A stretch of DNA of 64,000 nt from Sedimentisphaerales bacterium. GTDB lineage: Bacteria; Planctomycetota; Phycisphaerae; Sedimentisphaerales; SM23-30. Both the position numbers and the translations under genes were made by a program. The notes under the pieces are model-generated. The model saw only the letters and a program-made list of their open reading frames with translations, was not told the origin of the DNA and searched no databases. Location: positions 32,001 through 96,000 of the forward strand of contig CAXXMR010000019.1 of the NCBI GenBank assembly GCA_963663805.2, given 5' to 3'. Shown here piece by piece: positions 37,084 through 47,385 of this stretch (position 1 is the first letter of the stretch; every line of letters begins with the position of its first letter).

Positions 37084-38369
37084 ATGACACAATTGCTTAT
37101 TAAAAACGGCAGAATCATCGACCCCGCGACAAAAACCGATAAGGTCGGCGACCTGCTCATCGAAGACGGCCACATTAAAGAAATTGGCAAGGTGTCGTTC
37201 GCAAAAACCGCACAGGTTATCGACGCGACCGGTAAACTCGTTACGCCCGGCCTGATTGACATGCATGTTCATCTGCGCGAGCCCGGCGACGAAGAGGAAG
37301 AAACTATCGCTTCTGGTTCGGCGGCGGCGGTTGCGGGGGGGTTTACCTCGATTGTCTGTATGCCCAATACCGACCCGCCTATCGACAACGAAGCGACCGT
37401 AGATTTTGTTTATCGCCAGGCGGCGGCGGCTGACATGGCCCATGTATACGCAGCCGGTGCCCTGACCAAGCAGCAAGGCGGCCAGGAACTTGCCGAGATG
37501 GGCCAGATGGTCCGCGGCGGTGCGATAGCTTTTACCGATGACGGCCAGGGCGTACAAAACCCCGCTGTTATGCTCAAGGCCCTGCAATACGCTAGTATGT
37601 TCGACAAGGTTGTCATGCAGCATTGTCAGGACAATCAACTCTCCAATAACGGGGCCATGAATGCCGGCTATAATGCCGCTATTCTGGGGCTGCCCGGTAT
37701 TTCGCCTCTGGCTGAAGAACTGATGCTCTATCGAGATATTCAGCTCGTCCGCCAGAGCAAAGCCCGCTATCACGCCCAGCACATCTCCACGGCTGGTTCG
37801 GTTGAAATTATTCGTACCGCTAAACAAAAAGGTATACGTGTTACCGCCGAAGTAACTCCCCATCACCTGTTGCTCACCGAAGAAGCTTGCTGCGATTACG
37901 ACACCAACACCAAAATGAACCCACCCCTGAGAACCCGAAAAAAGACCTCTCTGCCTTACGCGAAGCAGTCGCCGACGGCACCATAGATTGTCTCGCCACG
38001 GACCATGCCCCACATCTTTCCAGTGAAAAAGAGTTGGAATTTATTGCCGCACCTTGTGGTATCATTTCCCTTGATTGTGCCCTCGGTTTGTATGCTAAGG
38101 CGCTTATAGATACCGGAACTATCGACTGGGCCCGCCTGATTGAGATGATGACCGTTAACCCTGCTGGTATTCTGGGTATCGAGCGTGGCACATTAGCGGT
38201 CGGAGCCCCCGCGGATGTCACTATTATTGACCATAAAAATAAATTTACCGTAAAAGTGGAAAATTTTGCTTCTAAAAGCCGCAATTGTCCGTATAATGGC
38301 TGGTGTCTGAGCGCTCGGGCTGTTTGCACCATCGTTGATGGCAAAGTAAAATTCCAGGCGAAAGCTTAG
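37084..38369 (+). pseudogene. pyrC: Dihydroorotase, frameshifted near 37938-37944 (sequencing error or -1 frameshift)
   Basis: PGLIDMHVHLREPG, MPNT, EVTPHHL, KMNPPLR in frame 0; ATDHAPH, GAPADVT, SKSRN.P in the -1 frame. Confidence 0.9.
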
Positions 38370-38374
38370 CTTCG

Positions 38375-38899
38375 GTGCCTTATATCGTCGATGGTTACAA
38401 TCTTTATCACGCGATATGTAAACTGTCAGAAGATCTTAGCCGGATTACGCCGCGAACGCTGTGTTGTTTTGTTGCTCAGGATATGTCAATCCTGAAAAAT
38501 GACGCGACGATAGTATTTGACGGCAATCCCTGGCCCAGACAAAATGTAGAAGAAGTTGAACCGGTTGGGTATGTCAAACTGCTTTTCAGCGGTCCTGATT
38601 CTGACGCCGACTCCGAAATTGAGCATTTGATTCAAAAAAGCTCAGCTCCGCGTCGGCTGACTGTAATCAGCAGTGACAGACGTCTTTATCGTGCCGCCCG
38701 GAAGCGTCGGGCCCGGTGGCAGAAATCTACGGACTATCTGTTTGAAATGTTCGATCGGGCAAGCAGGCCGCCCAGACTGCCTCCGGAACCGCCGGAGAAG
38801 CGTAAAGGTGTGCCCGAAGGAGAGTTGGATCATTGGCTTGACCTGTTCGGCATTGACAATGACGAACAGGACGACGGGTTAGGCCGAACCAGGATGTAA
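38375..38899 (+). CDS. YacP/Rae1-like NYN-domain protein
   Basis: IVDGYNL, IVFDG, DADSEIE, VISSDRRL. Confidence 0.8.
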   Translation: MPYIVDGYNLYHAICKLSEDLSRITPRTLCCFVAQDMSILKNDATIVFDGNPWPRQNVEEVEPVGYVKLLFSGPDSDADSEIEHLIQKSSAPRRLTVISSDRRLYRAARKRRARWQKSTDYLFEMFDRASRPPRLPPEPPEKRKGVPEGELDHWLDLFGIDNDEQDDGLGRTRM

Positions 38900-38902
38900 A
38901 TC

Positions 38903-39307
38903 ATGACTGATACAACGCATTGTACGGAATCGCAAGGTAACGCAACCGTAGCTCTCAGGACTACTCCAATATTGCGGATAGTCAATCACCGCAAACATGA
39001 ACGGCTCGTTCGTGCCTTTCCTTTCTGGCTAATCAACCCTAGTGGCCACGCGGTCGCCCGTTTCTATACTGAAAACATCAGCAACGCTGGCTGTTACGGC
39101 TCTTCCGATCATGCCCCCGAGCTGCCGACTGGCCAAGATTTTCTCATCGAGATAAAAATCCCCCGCCAGACCGAAAATACCTACATGCTGGAAAACGTTA
39201 GAATCCCCGTTACAATCGTACGGTCCGAACGCACTATTTCATATTCCAGAGATGCTCTGGCAATTGCTCTAAAATTCGCGGCCCCGCTCGAACTCGATAT
39301 TGATTAG
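38903..39307 (+). CDS. Single-domain PilZ protein
   Basis: RKHER (RxxxR) and NISNAG ([D/N]xSxxG) c-di-GMP motifs. Confidence 0.7.
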   Translation: MTDTTHCTESQGNATVALRTTPILRIVNHRKHERLVRAFPFWLINPSGHAVARFYTENISNAGCYGSSDHAPELPTGQDFLIEIKIPRQTENTYMLENVRIPVTIVRSERTISYSRDALAIALKFAAPLELDID

Positions 39308-39339
39308 GGGGGGTCCGGTCTTAACTCCGCAGTTCAAGG

Positions 39340-39822
39340 CTATTTGATTTCCGATTTGGCGATATTGAGCAGTTCATAATTTACTTCGCCGCGTGGGGTA
39401 TTTACCGTGAATTTAGCGCCCGCCGCTCGTCCCACCAAAGCACTGCCGATGGGCGAAAGAATCGAAATGCTGTTATCCAGCAAATCCGAATCGTGCGGCC
39501 CCAGCAGTTGATAGACTATCTCCTTATTTTCGTCCAGATTCAGCAGGGTTACAACCGTTCCGAATCCCGCACTGTCGCATGGTATTTGGCTGCAATCGGT
39601 GACTCTGGAATGATTCAGCTTGGCCCGGATTTCGCCCATTCTGCCTTCAACAAAGCCCAGATTCTGCCGACCGTAAATATATTCTGAATTTTCCTTCAAA
39701 TCCCCCAAAGCGCGTGCCTCAGCTACGCGCTGTCTCAACTCGGCCGCTTCGGTCTCCAGCTTCCTCAGTTCTTCCTCCAGCTTTTCGTGCCCCGTCTTCG
39801 ATATCGGCATAACATCAAGCAT
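39340..39822 (-). CDS. greA: Transcription elongation factor GreA
   Basis: ARALGDLKENSEY, FGTVV, ISILSPIGSALVG. Confidence 0.92.
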   Translation of the reverse strand: MLDVMPISKTGHEKLEEELRKLETEAAELRQRVAEARALGDLKENSEYIYGRQNLGFVEGRMGEIRAKLNHSRVTDCSQIPCDSAGFGTVVTLLNLDENKEIVYQLLGPHDSDLLDNSISILSPIGSALVGRAAGAKFTVNTPRGEVNYELLNIAKSEIK

Positions 39823-39976
39823 TGCAAACCATCCATCATTCGTTAGAGATTAATATTATCCACAAACCCCTAACATAACAATTCATCGGCCCTCTGTAAA
39901 GTTGGTTCTCATGAGGATGGTGTTCTAATCCGGCTGCTTACGCGGCTCGGCTTTTGCCTGGGCCATTTGCCGTTAT

Positions 39977-40786
39977 TCAATCATTGGCGGCTACGGCGAT
40001 TACGGCGGCGGAGACCTGGGCGGCACCGGCTTTTAGCAGGGTGTTAGCGGCGACGCGGAGGGTGGTTCCGGTGGTGCTGACATCGTCGATAAGGCAGATG
40101 TGCTTACCTTCGTATGGGGCAGCGGGACGGACCTGAAAGGCGTTGTGAAGATTACGCAGTCTGTCGGTGACGGCAAGTGAGACCTGGGGGCGAGTGTAGC
40201 GTACGCGTTTGAGGTCGTCGTTGTAAGCGGTTTTGAAGCCCTGTTTGCAAAGTGTGCTTACGGCTGTCTGGGCCAGGAGTTCGGACTGGTTATATTTGCG
40301 ACGCAATTGCCGGCGCCAATGCAGGGGAATAGGGACGAAAAAGTCGGCCTGGCGAGCGATTTGGCTGCCCATTATGGCAGCGGCCAGCAGATTGCCGAGG
40401 AATTTGTCCAGTTTGGGGGTATTGTGGAATTTCAGGTTGATAATCATTTGGCGTAAAGGGTTTTGGTAGGGGCCGACCCGGACGATATGAGTGACTTTGG
40501 GGTGGGTGAATCGGCATCTGTGGCATCTGCCTTCGATGAGCGAGTAGGGCCCGGCATTATGGCCGCAGACGGGGCAATATTGGGGCAGTAAACTTTCCTG
40601 AAAAAGACGCCAGCAGTCCGGGCAAAGGACGTTTGTGTTTTTCTCGACGGACTTGTTACAGGCCTGACAGGTTGGCGGTACAATAAATTCCCGAAATGGA
40701 GTTACGACAATCCTGGAAAAACTCTCATATTTACCTGAAATTCTGCCTGTAATAGCCCGGAACGACTGTTTGGGACTCAGAGCCAT
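39977..40786 (-). CDS. ComF family protein (double zinc ribbon + PRTase fold)
   Basis: Four CxxC pairs, VPIPLHWRR...YNQSELLA, LIDDVSTTGTTL. Confidence 0.9.
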   Translation of the reverse strand: MALSPKQSFRAITGRISGKYESFSRIVVTPFREFIVPPTCQACNKSVEKNTNVLCPDCWRLFQESLLPQYCPVCGHNAGPYSLIEGRCHRCRFTHPKVTHIVRVGPYQNPLRQMIINLKFHNTPKLDKFLGNLLAAAIMGSQIARQADFFVPIPLHWRRQLRRKYNQSELLAQTAVSTLCKQGFKTAYNDDLKRVRYTRPQVSLAVTDRLRNLHNAFQVRPAAPYEGKHICLIDDVSTTGTTLRVAANTLLKAGAAQVSAAVIAVAAND

Positions 40787-40792
40787 GTGACC

Positions 40793-40821
40793 ATTGTAAC
40801 GATGGGGGGTGTTAATGTCAA
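40793..40821 (-). promoter_or_regulatory. sigma70-type promoter, probably giving a leaderless comF mRNA
   Basis: TTGACA-17 bp-TACAAT ending 6 nt before the ATG. Confidence 0.65.
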
Positions 40822-40847
40822 GGATTTATTGTAGGAGATAGGGGCGT

Positions 40848-40882
40848 AAAAAAAAGAGAGCGTAACTTGCGCTACGCTCTCT
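40848..40882 (-). terminator. Rho-independent terminator of the PEP-CTERM gene
   Basis: Stem AGAGAGCGTA/TACGCTCTCT followed by a T-run on the minus strand. Confidence 0.8.
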
Positions 40883-40932
40883 GGAAAAACTAAGGTTATC
40901 TCAGTTATTGTCTATTTAGACAAAGGTGAGAT

Positions 40933-41919
40933 TCAGGCTTTGCGACGACGAATCAGCAGCCCGCCGAGGCCGAGCATGACCATGGTCATGGGTTCGGGGA
41001 CGGTGACCTGGGTTACACCAGCAATATCACAATATACCGCATCGATGTACTGGTCGCCGGCGGAATGGGTTATGAAACCATCGGCAATAGCCTGGTTGAT
41101 GTCGCTGACAACGTCACCAGCAAGATTCCATACGCCACCTTCCATATTGACAACTGCGCCTTCTGCAAAGTCGAATATCGGAAGGTTAGGACGATCGAGG
41201 TTTTCTGGGTCTGTGTTATAACCGTGAGCAGTTCCCCAGGCTTCCAGAGTTGAGCCGGTCAGATTCAGTTCGCCGCCGGTTATGTTGACGGTGCCGCCTG
41301 CGGCGAGGGTCAACGCCTCAGCGTTAATAACACCGGTGCCGCCAACGTTTATCACGCCGGTGCCATCACCAACTCTGAGTGAACCACCGCTTGTAGGAGG
41401 TGTGGGGTCGGAGCAGGCAAGGTTAAGAGCGCCACCAGTGACGGTGAGTGTACCATTGGCACCAGCTTTGGTCGCAACGGTAATGCGGTCGCCATTGAAG
41501 GTTCCGCCGGTCATGGCCATTGCAGCAGTGCCGTACTCGGCAACCGTCGAATATGAAGCGGGGAACGAAAGATTTCCGCCAGACATGTTGAGGAAACCCA
41601 CTGATGCGGCATTACCGGCCAACTGCAGGGAATTACTAAATACATTAGTTCCGCCGGTAACCTCCAATTCGCCAGTAGTACCGGCCACTCTACCAATGTA
41701 AAGTCCACCGGCAGCCGGTAAGATCATGTCAGCACTGATAATTGCTCTGTCAGCACCGGACATATCAAGAGTGTACCTGTCGACCGGAACGCCGCCCCAG
41801 TTTTCGGTCCAGTTGCCGAAATCATTATCATCGGCAGCATTCGTCCAAGCGTTGTAAGTCGCCGCTGAGGCGAAACTAGCCAGACCAAGGACTACTAGAA
41901 GGGTAAGGGTTTTCTTCAT
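40933..41919 (-). CDS. PEP-CTERM sorting domain surface protein (Gly/Thr-rich beta-helix-like body)
   Basis: Signal peptide; C-terminal VPEPMTMVMLGLGGLLIRRRKA. Confidence 0.9.
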   Translation of the reverse strand: MKKTLTLLVVLGLASFASAATYNAWTNAADDNDFGNWTENWGGVPVDRYTLDMSGADRAIISADMILPAAGGLYIGRVAGTTGELEVTGGTNVFSNSLQLAGNAASVGFLNMSGGNLSFPASYSTVAEYGTAAMAMTGGTFNGDRITVATKAGANGTLTVTGGALNLACSDPTPPTSGGSLRVGDGTGVINVGGTGVINAEALTLAAGGTVNITGGELNLTGSTLEAWGTAHGYNTDPENLDRPNLPIFDFAEGAVVNMEGGVWNLAGDVVSDINQAIADGFITHSAGDQYIDAVYCDIAGVTQVTVPEPMTMVMLGLGGLLIRRRKA

Positions 41920-42167
41920 TTTACATTTCCTCCATTCTTGAGATAAAAAAACAAAAAACGTTACATTTTCCTATGTGCCGGAGACGACCGACGCAAAAAC
42001 TTCATAACAGTTAAGAGGATGTCATCTCTCGACATGTTTATAATAACGTTTTAAGGCTTTGAGTTCAATAGTATTATGTATTAATAATTTTATTAATCTA
42101 TAACATGTTTTTATAACAGGGCTTATGATTTTATTTGGCGTGTTTTTAATGCGGTGGACTGGCTGTG

Positions 42168-42217
42168 GCAAACGTTTGCGAATCTGGGTTTGGGGTCCTA
42201 TAAATGTAAATGTTTGC
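42168..42217. promoter_or_regulatory. Two LacI-family-like operators
   Basis: Perfect palindrome GCAAACGTTTGC (42168-79) and GTAAATGTTTGC (42206-17). Confidence 0.5.
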
Positions 42218-42235
42218 GATAGAGTAGGGGTATTT

Positions 42236-44089
42236 TTAGGGGGTGGGGGTGGTTCTTTGCCTTTTGCCGAGTAGTATCACGTCTCGGAGGGCCTGTTCGG
42301 AGGGGGCGTTTAGCCATTGGTTCTCGAAATTTTCATTATGGACGATTTGGGCGATGGCGGCGAGGGTATGCAGGTGGAAGGTTCTCTGGTCTTTACTGCC
42401 GGCCAGTACGAATACGGCGTGGATGTCGGGTGCGGTATCGGAAAAATGTATACCGTGCGAGGATCTCACCAGGGCGATTTCGAACTGATTTTCGCCGCGG
42501 ATAATGATATGGGGGATAGCGAGGAAGTGGTTCAGTACGGTGGTGGCCTGGTTTTCTCTTTCGATGAATCTCTGGGCGAGTTCCTGGCTGGGCATATTGA
42601 AGGCGGGCGAAAGTTTTTTGCCGAGCATCTCGAAGCATTCCTGGCTGGTCATAGCCGCGGGCAGGTCCATTACGGGACACCGGGCAATAATTTCGTCGAA
42701 GCGGTCGAGGATGATATTGTCGCGGTCGCGGACGACGTTTTTGAGTTCGGTTTCGAACAGGCCGGTGACCAGTTCGCGGTCTGTTATCCGCTCGATAAGG
42801 TGCAGCAGTGCGTATTCTTTGCGGAGTCTTTTTCGGCCGTAGATGAAGTAGCAGGTCGCGCCTATGAGGCAGAGGCAGGCGCAGATGATGAATGCTTCGA
42901 GGCCGAGTTCAAAAATCAGCAGGAGATAGCCGAGTAATCCGATGATTTGGAGGAAGGGGTAAAATGGTGTTTTGAATGTGGGGCGGTAGTTCTGGACTCG
43001 GCTTTCGCGCAGGACGATTACGCAGAGGCAGGAAAGGATGAAGCTTAGTATAAGTACGAGCGAGGCGGCTTCGACTAGGATATTTAGTTTGAGGAATCCG
43101 GCGATTATAACGAAGATACCGGTGGCGATGACGGCGGGGGCGGGTGTTTTGGTTTTGGGGTTAATGCGGCTCAGGAATTTGGGCAGTAGTTCGTCGCGGC
43201 TTAGCGCGAAAAGGTATCTGGATGATGCCATAATGCCAGCATTGGCGGTGGAGATGAAGGCGAAGATTGCCGCGAGTGACATGATTTTAACGGCCCAGGG
43301 CGGCAGGAACGACCTGGCACCTTCGGTGATGGGGGTAAGAGAATTGTCCAGTATGTCGCTGGGCAAGACTCCGGTGGTGACGAAGACCATCAGGCCATAG
43401 ATTGTGATGACGCTGGCAAGTGAAAGTATCATGCCGCGGGGCAGGTTTCGGGAAGGGTTTTCGATTTCTTCGGCGACGCTGGAGATTTTGAGTAGTCCGC
43501 CATAGGCCACGAAGACGAGTCCGGCGGCGGCGAGGGTTTTGTTCAATCCGAATGGTATAAAGGGGGACAGGTTTTTGATTTCGACATGAGAAATGCCAAA
43601 GATAACATAGGCGGTCATCAGGGTCAGCAGGGCGGTGACAAGCCAGGTCTGGAATTTTCCGGCGTGGCGGGTGCCCCAGAGATTGAGCAGGGTAAAGACT
43701 ATGCCCAGGGTGGTGGCGGTAATGCGGATGTCTATGTTTACGAGCAGTAAAACGAAGGCACCCATGCCGACCAGGGCAAAGGCGCTTTTGAGTGAGAGGG
43801 CAAACCAGTTGAGCAGTCCGGCGATAGAACCCAGTACGGGTCCCAGTGAACGGGTAATGAAGTAATAATCTCCGCCAGCTTTGGGCATGGCAGTGGCGAG
43901 TTCGCAGGCGTTTAACATGCCGATAGCGGCCAGTAGTCCGGCCAGGATATAGGAAAGTATTACACTGGGTCCGGCCTGGGCATGGGCGATGCCGGGCAGG
44001 ATGAATATACCGGAACTGACCATTGCTCCGGTGGCGAGGCAGTATACTTCAAATAGCCCAAGATTTTTGGTGAGTTTCTGCTGGGACAT
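42236..44089 (-). CDS. APC-family amino acid permease fused to a PTS EIIA-like domain
   Basis: GAMVSSGIFILPG, ELATAMPKAGG, AEEIENP, ASSRYLFALSRD; C-terminal RENQATT...AIPH...HLHTLAAIAQ. Confidence 0.88.
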   Translation of the reverse strand: MSQQKLTKNLGLFEVYCLATGAMVSSGIFILPGIAHAQAGPSVILSYILAGLLAAIGMLNACELATAMPKAGGDYYFITRSLGPVLGSIAGLLNWFALSLKSAFALVGMGAFVLLLVNIDIRITATTLGIVFTLLNLWGTRHAGKFQTWLVTALLTLMTAYVIFGISHVEIKNLSPFIPFGLNKTLAAAGLVFVAYGGLLKISSVAEEIENPSRNLPRGMILSLASVITIYGLMVFVTTGVLPSDILDNSLTPITEGARSFLPPWAVKIMSLAAIFAFISTANAGIMASSRYLFALSRDELLPKFLSRINPKTKTPAPAVIATGIFVIIAGFLKLNILVEAASLVLILSFILSCLCVIVLRESRVQNYRPTFKTPFYPFLQIIGLLGYLLLIFELGLEAFIICACLCLIGATCYFIYGRKRLRKEYALLHLIERITDRELVTGLFETELKNVVRDRDNIILDRFDEIIARCPVMDLPAAMTSQECFEMLGKKLSPAFNMPSQELAQRFIERENQATTVLNHFLAIPHIIIRGENQFEIALVRSSHGIHFSDTAPDIHAVFVLAGSKDQRTFHLHTLAAIAQIVHNENFENQWLNAPSEQALRDVILLGKRQRTTPTP

Positions 44090-44147
44090 GTTCGGTCTCC
44101 AATAACATTAAAGAATGTGTGTTTAATGATAGGAGGTAATTATCGGC

Positions 44148-44171
44148 GAGGCAAGAGGCAAGAGGTAAGAG
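44148..44171. repeat. Heptamer tandem repeat GAGGCAA x3
   Basis: GAGGCAA-GAGGCAA-GAGGTAA-GAG; same family as 22025-22243. Confidence 0.6.
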
Positions 44172-44344
44172 CAATGGTTTTTTCTTATATTTCAAGGGTT
44201 TAGAGCGGATTTAGGTGATTTTGATTGACAAATTGGGCATACGATAAAGAATAATGGGGTTTGTGGGTATCGGCGTGGGAGATTCGTCCGGTCGAAGGTT
44301 AGGCTGATTGGACAGAGGCTTAGATGGCCGCTGAGATAATATAG

Positions 44345-45985
44345 ATGGTTTTTACATTACAACGTTATATATTCCGGGACCTGGTCAAGACGTTTCTGCT
44401 GGCGACGCTGATATTGAGCGTGGTTTTGGGGCTGGGGATAATGCTGCGGCCTTTACGTCAGTTCGGGGTTGACCCGGCGAAGGTTCCGTCGCTGATATTG
44501 TGTATTCTGCCGGTGACGCTGACGATGGTAATTCCAATCGCGGCTTTGCTGTCGGCGACGTTGAATTATGGTCGGCTGGCAGTTGATAATGAGATAAACG
44601 CCTGTCGCAGCAGCGGCATATCTTTGGGGACACTGATATATCCGGCCTTGACGCTGGCGCTGTTGGTGGGGCTGGTGACTTTGTTGATGGCGTTTCATGT
44701 TATCCCGGCGTATACGGAGCGTTTCGAGTCGATAATCAAGCGTGACGCAGAATCGATAATATATCGCAATATTGAAAGTAAAGGGAATCTGGGTTCACTG
44801 TTTCCGGGTTTTCGGATTCACGCCGACCGGGCTTATCCTGACAAGCATTTGTTGACGGGTGTGGTGCTGGTTACTCTGGACCGTGATGGTATAGAGCAGA
44901 TAATGACGGCTCGTCAGGTTCAGGTTTTGTTTGAGCCGGGTGAGGAAAGTAATCAATTATTTTTGCGGCTGTTTGACCATAATATTATCGCGCGGGAATT
45001 CGCGGAGAAGCAGGAGTATCTGGAGCTGTCTTTGCAGGCTCCGAGCATGTGGCGTGATGATATAAAGTTTAAGAATCTGGATGAACTCAAGGCGATTCAG
45101 GAGGATGCGGCCCGGTTTGCTCCGGTGGCCGAGCGGGTCAAGGAGATACGTGAGCAGATTCTGGTGGAGCGATTTTTTGAGTATTGCCGGGGTGAGCTGA
45201 AGGGACGGGGGCATTATCTGGAACTTCAGTCGGGCCGGCATCCGCTGCGGATTTACGCCAGCGACTGCTCAATGGTTTATCCTGAAGATAAGCGGGCGAA
45301 GAAGCAGGCAGGCAAGAATCGTTCAGCGGAAATAGTCCGGGGTGATATGCCTGTCGAGGTTGCGCTGTATCATGATGGTCTGGACGCTGGGCCGGAGCGG
45401 CGGTTCTGGGCCGAGGCTGGAGAATTAACGGTGATGCCGGAGACGGGGCGGGAGACCGTAATGTTGACGATGACTAAGGTGAAGTGGTCGTATGTGGGGG
45501 ATGGTCATGAGTATCGGCTGGAGCGGCACAGTTTTGGTAATATCGCGGTACCAGCAAAAATCGTCGCGTCGGTAAAGCAGATAAATCTGGATGATTTGCT
45601 TCGGGATGATTATCCGTTGTTTCGGAATGCCGAGGCTTCGTTGTATCTCGTTAATCTAATCAAAGAATTACGTGAAGAATGCCAGGAAGTCGGTTGTGAA
45701 ATTGAGATGGAGATTTATTCGCGGCTGGCTTTTGGGGTGAGCTGTGTGGTGCTGGTTCTTTTGGGGGCGGCGCTGGGGATAATGTTCAAGAGCGGGCATC
45801 TGCTGACGGCTTTTGGGGTCAGTTTTATTCCCGCGGCCTTGTGTTTGATAACCATTTTTACGGGTAAGCATATCGCTGAGCAGAGCGGCGGGAATCTGCC
45901 GGCGGGGATTATGTTTTTGTGGTCGGGGATAATCGCGGTGGCAATTGCGGACCTGGTGATATATAACAGACTGTTGAAGCAATGA
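44345..45985 (+). CDS. lptF: LptF/LptG family LPS export permease
   Basis: LQRYIFRDL, YGRLAVDNEINACRSSGIS, RLAFGVSCVVLVLLGAALG. Confidence 0.78.
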   Translation: MVFTLQRYIFRDLVKTFLLATLILSVVLGLGIMLRPLRQFGVDPAKVPSLILCILPVTLTMVIPIAALLSATLNYGRLAVDNEINACRSSGISLGTLIYPALTLALLVGLVTLLMAFHVIPAYTERFESIIKRDAESIIYRNIESKGNLGSLFPGFRIHADRAYPDKHLLTGVVLVTLDRDGIEQIMTARQVQVLFEPGEESNQLFLRLFDHNIIAREFAEKQEYLELSLQAPSMWRDDIKFKNLDELKAIQEDAARFAPVAERVKEIREQILVERFFEYCRGELKGRGHYLELQSGRHPLRIYASDCSMVYPEDKRAKKQAGKNRSAEIVRGDMPVEVALYHDGLDAGPERRFWAEAGELTVMPETGRETVMLTMTKVKWSYVGDGHEYRLERHSFGNIAVPAKIVASVKQINLDDLLRDDYPLFRNAEASLYLVNLIKELREECQEVGCEIEMEIYSRLAFGVSCVVLVLLGAALGIMFKSGHLLTAFGVSFIPAALCLITIFTGKHIAEQSGGNLPAGIMFLWSGIIAVAIADLVIYNRLLKQ

Positions 45986-47160
45986 GTAAAACAGCCATAG
46001 ATACTATTAAACGCAAAAGCAATCTCTATCCGGGTATTCTGGATAGATATGTTTCGCGTGAGTTTTTGTTTAGCTATCTGATAGCGATTGTGGTGGTACT
46101 TTCGCTGCGGGTGCTGCTGGATTTGTTTGCTCAGTTTGATGAGTTTGTGGAAAGCGAGCATGAGCAGGCCGTGGGTCTGGTGGTGGTTTTGGGGCGGATT
46201 GTGGGCTATTATGGACCGAAGCTGCTGGAGTATTTTCGTGATTTTTCGGGAATGATAATTTTGCTGGCAGCGGCGTTTGCGCTGACTCGGATGACACGTC
46301 ACAATGAACTGACGGCGGTATTGGCATCGGGGATAAGTTTGAAGCGGGTTATCGCGCCGATCATTGTGCTGGCGGTGGGGTTGAATCTGGTGATGGTGGC
46401 GGACCAGGAATTATTTTTGCCGCGGCTGGCGGACAAGCTGGTGCGCAATCATGACGAAGTTGATGTTCAGGGGCGGACTAAGGTTTGGTTTTTGCCGGAT
46501 GGCCAACTGGAGTTTCCGCCGGGACTCAAGGGTTTGACGCCGGCTCATGCCCTGTTGAGTGCGCGGGAATATGACCCGGCGACGCGGACGATGTATGATA
46601 TGCTGGTAATTCTGCGACGCGATGAGAAACTGGTGGGCCGGGTTATGGCTGAGCAGGCGACGTGGGATGAAAATATGGGACATTGGAATTTAACCCAGGG
46701 ACGCTATTTTGTGGACGATGACCCAGGGCTTGGTTCGGGGGTGAATTTGGCGGGTGAGGTCGATACGTATGTTTCGGAATTGACGCCGGAGTATCTGTGG
46801 ATGCAGCGTAATTCTAATTTTAAGAGTTTGATGAGCTGGGATGAGCTTACGGGTCTGCTGCGGCGGGGGTTGAAATCGACCGAGGCGGCGGATGTTATCA
46901 GCGAACGGCATTTCCGTTTCGCGGACCCGATTATCAATATGGTTATGCTGCTGCTGGGGCTGCCCATGCTGGTTTCACGAGAACGGCGGGAGATGAAGTC
47001 GGCAATTTTTATGACGGTGATGCTGGTAGGCGGGTGTTTTGTCGCGACGTTTGCGTGTAAGCTGCTGGCAGGTACAATCAATCCGTTTATCGCGGCGTTT
47101 CTGCCGGTAATAGTTTTCTTTCCCGTTTCGGTAGTGGTATTAGATAGTTTGAAAACATAG
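45982..47160 (+). CDS. lptG: LptF/LptG family LPS export permease
   Basis: ILDRYVSREF, RMTRHNELTAVLASGISLKR, HFRFADP...LLGLP. Confidence 0.78.
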   Translation: MSKTAIDTIKRKSNLYPGILDRYVSREFLFSYLIAIVVVLSLRVLLDLFAQFDEFVESEHEQAVGLVVVLGRIVGYYGPKLLEYFRDFSGMIILLAAAFALTRMTRHNELTAVLASGISLKRVIAPIIVLAVGLNLVMVADQELFLPRLADKLVRNHDEVDVQGRTKVWFLPDGQLEFPPGLKGLTPAHALLSAREYDPATRTMYDMLVILRRDEKLVGRVMAEQATWDENMGHWNLTQGRYFVDDDPGLGSGVNLAGEVDTYVSELTPEYLWMQRNSNFKSLMSWDELTGLLRRGLKSTEAADVISERHFRFADPIINMVMLLLGLPMLVSRERREMKSAIFMTVMLVGGCFVATFACKLLAGTINPFIAAFLPVIVFFPVSVVVLDSLKT

Positions 47161-47190
47161 CAGCTCAGAATATTTTTAGGAGTTTTTTTG

Positions 47191-47385
47191 ATGGAATGCA
47201 ATAAGCAGAAGAATATGGAATTTTGCACTTGTACTTACAGTTGTTGTTCACGCCAGGGGATTTGCTGTGAGTGTTTGCAGTATCATCTCAAAAGCAGACA
47301 GCTGCCGGGTTGTTGTTTTCCGGCAGAAGCAGAAAAGACTTACGACCGCAGTTTTGAAGCGTTTGCCAGGGCCTGGAAGCTGTAG
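47191..47385 (+). CDS. Small Cys-rich protein (DUF6485-like)
   Basis: CTCTY.CCSRQGICCECLQYH...LPGCCFP..AEKTYDRSFE. Confidence 0.7.
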   Translation: MECNKQKNMEFCTCTYSCCSRQGICCECLQYHLKSRQLPGCCFPAEAEKTYDRSFEAFARAWKL

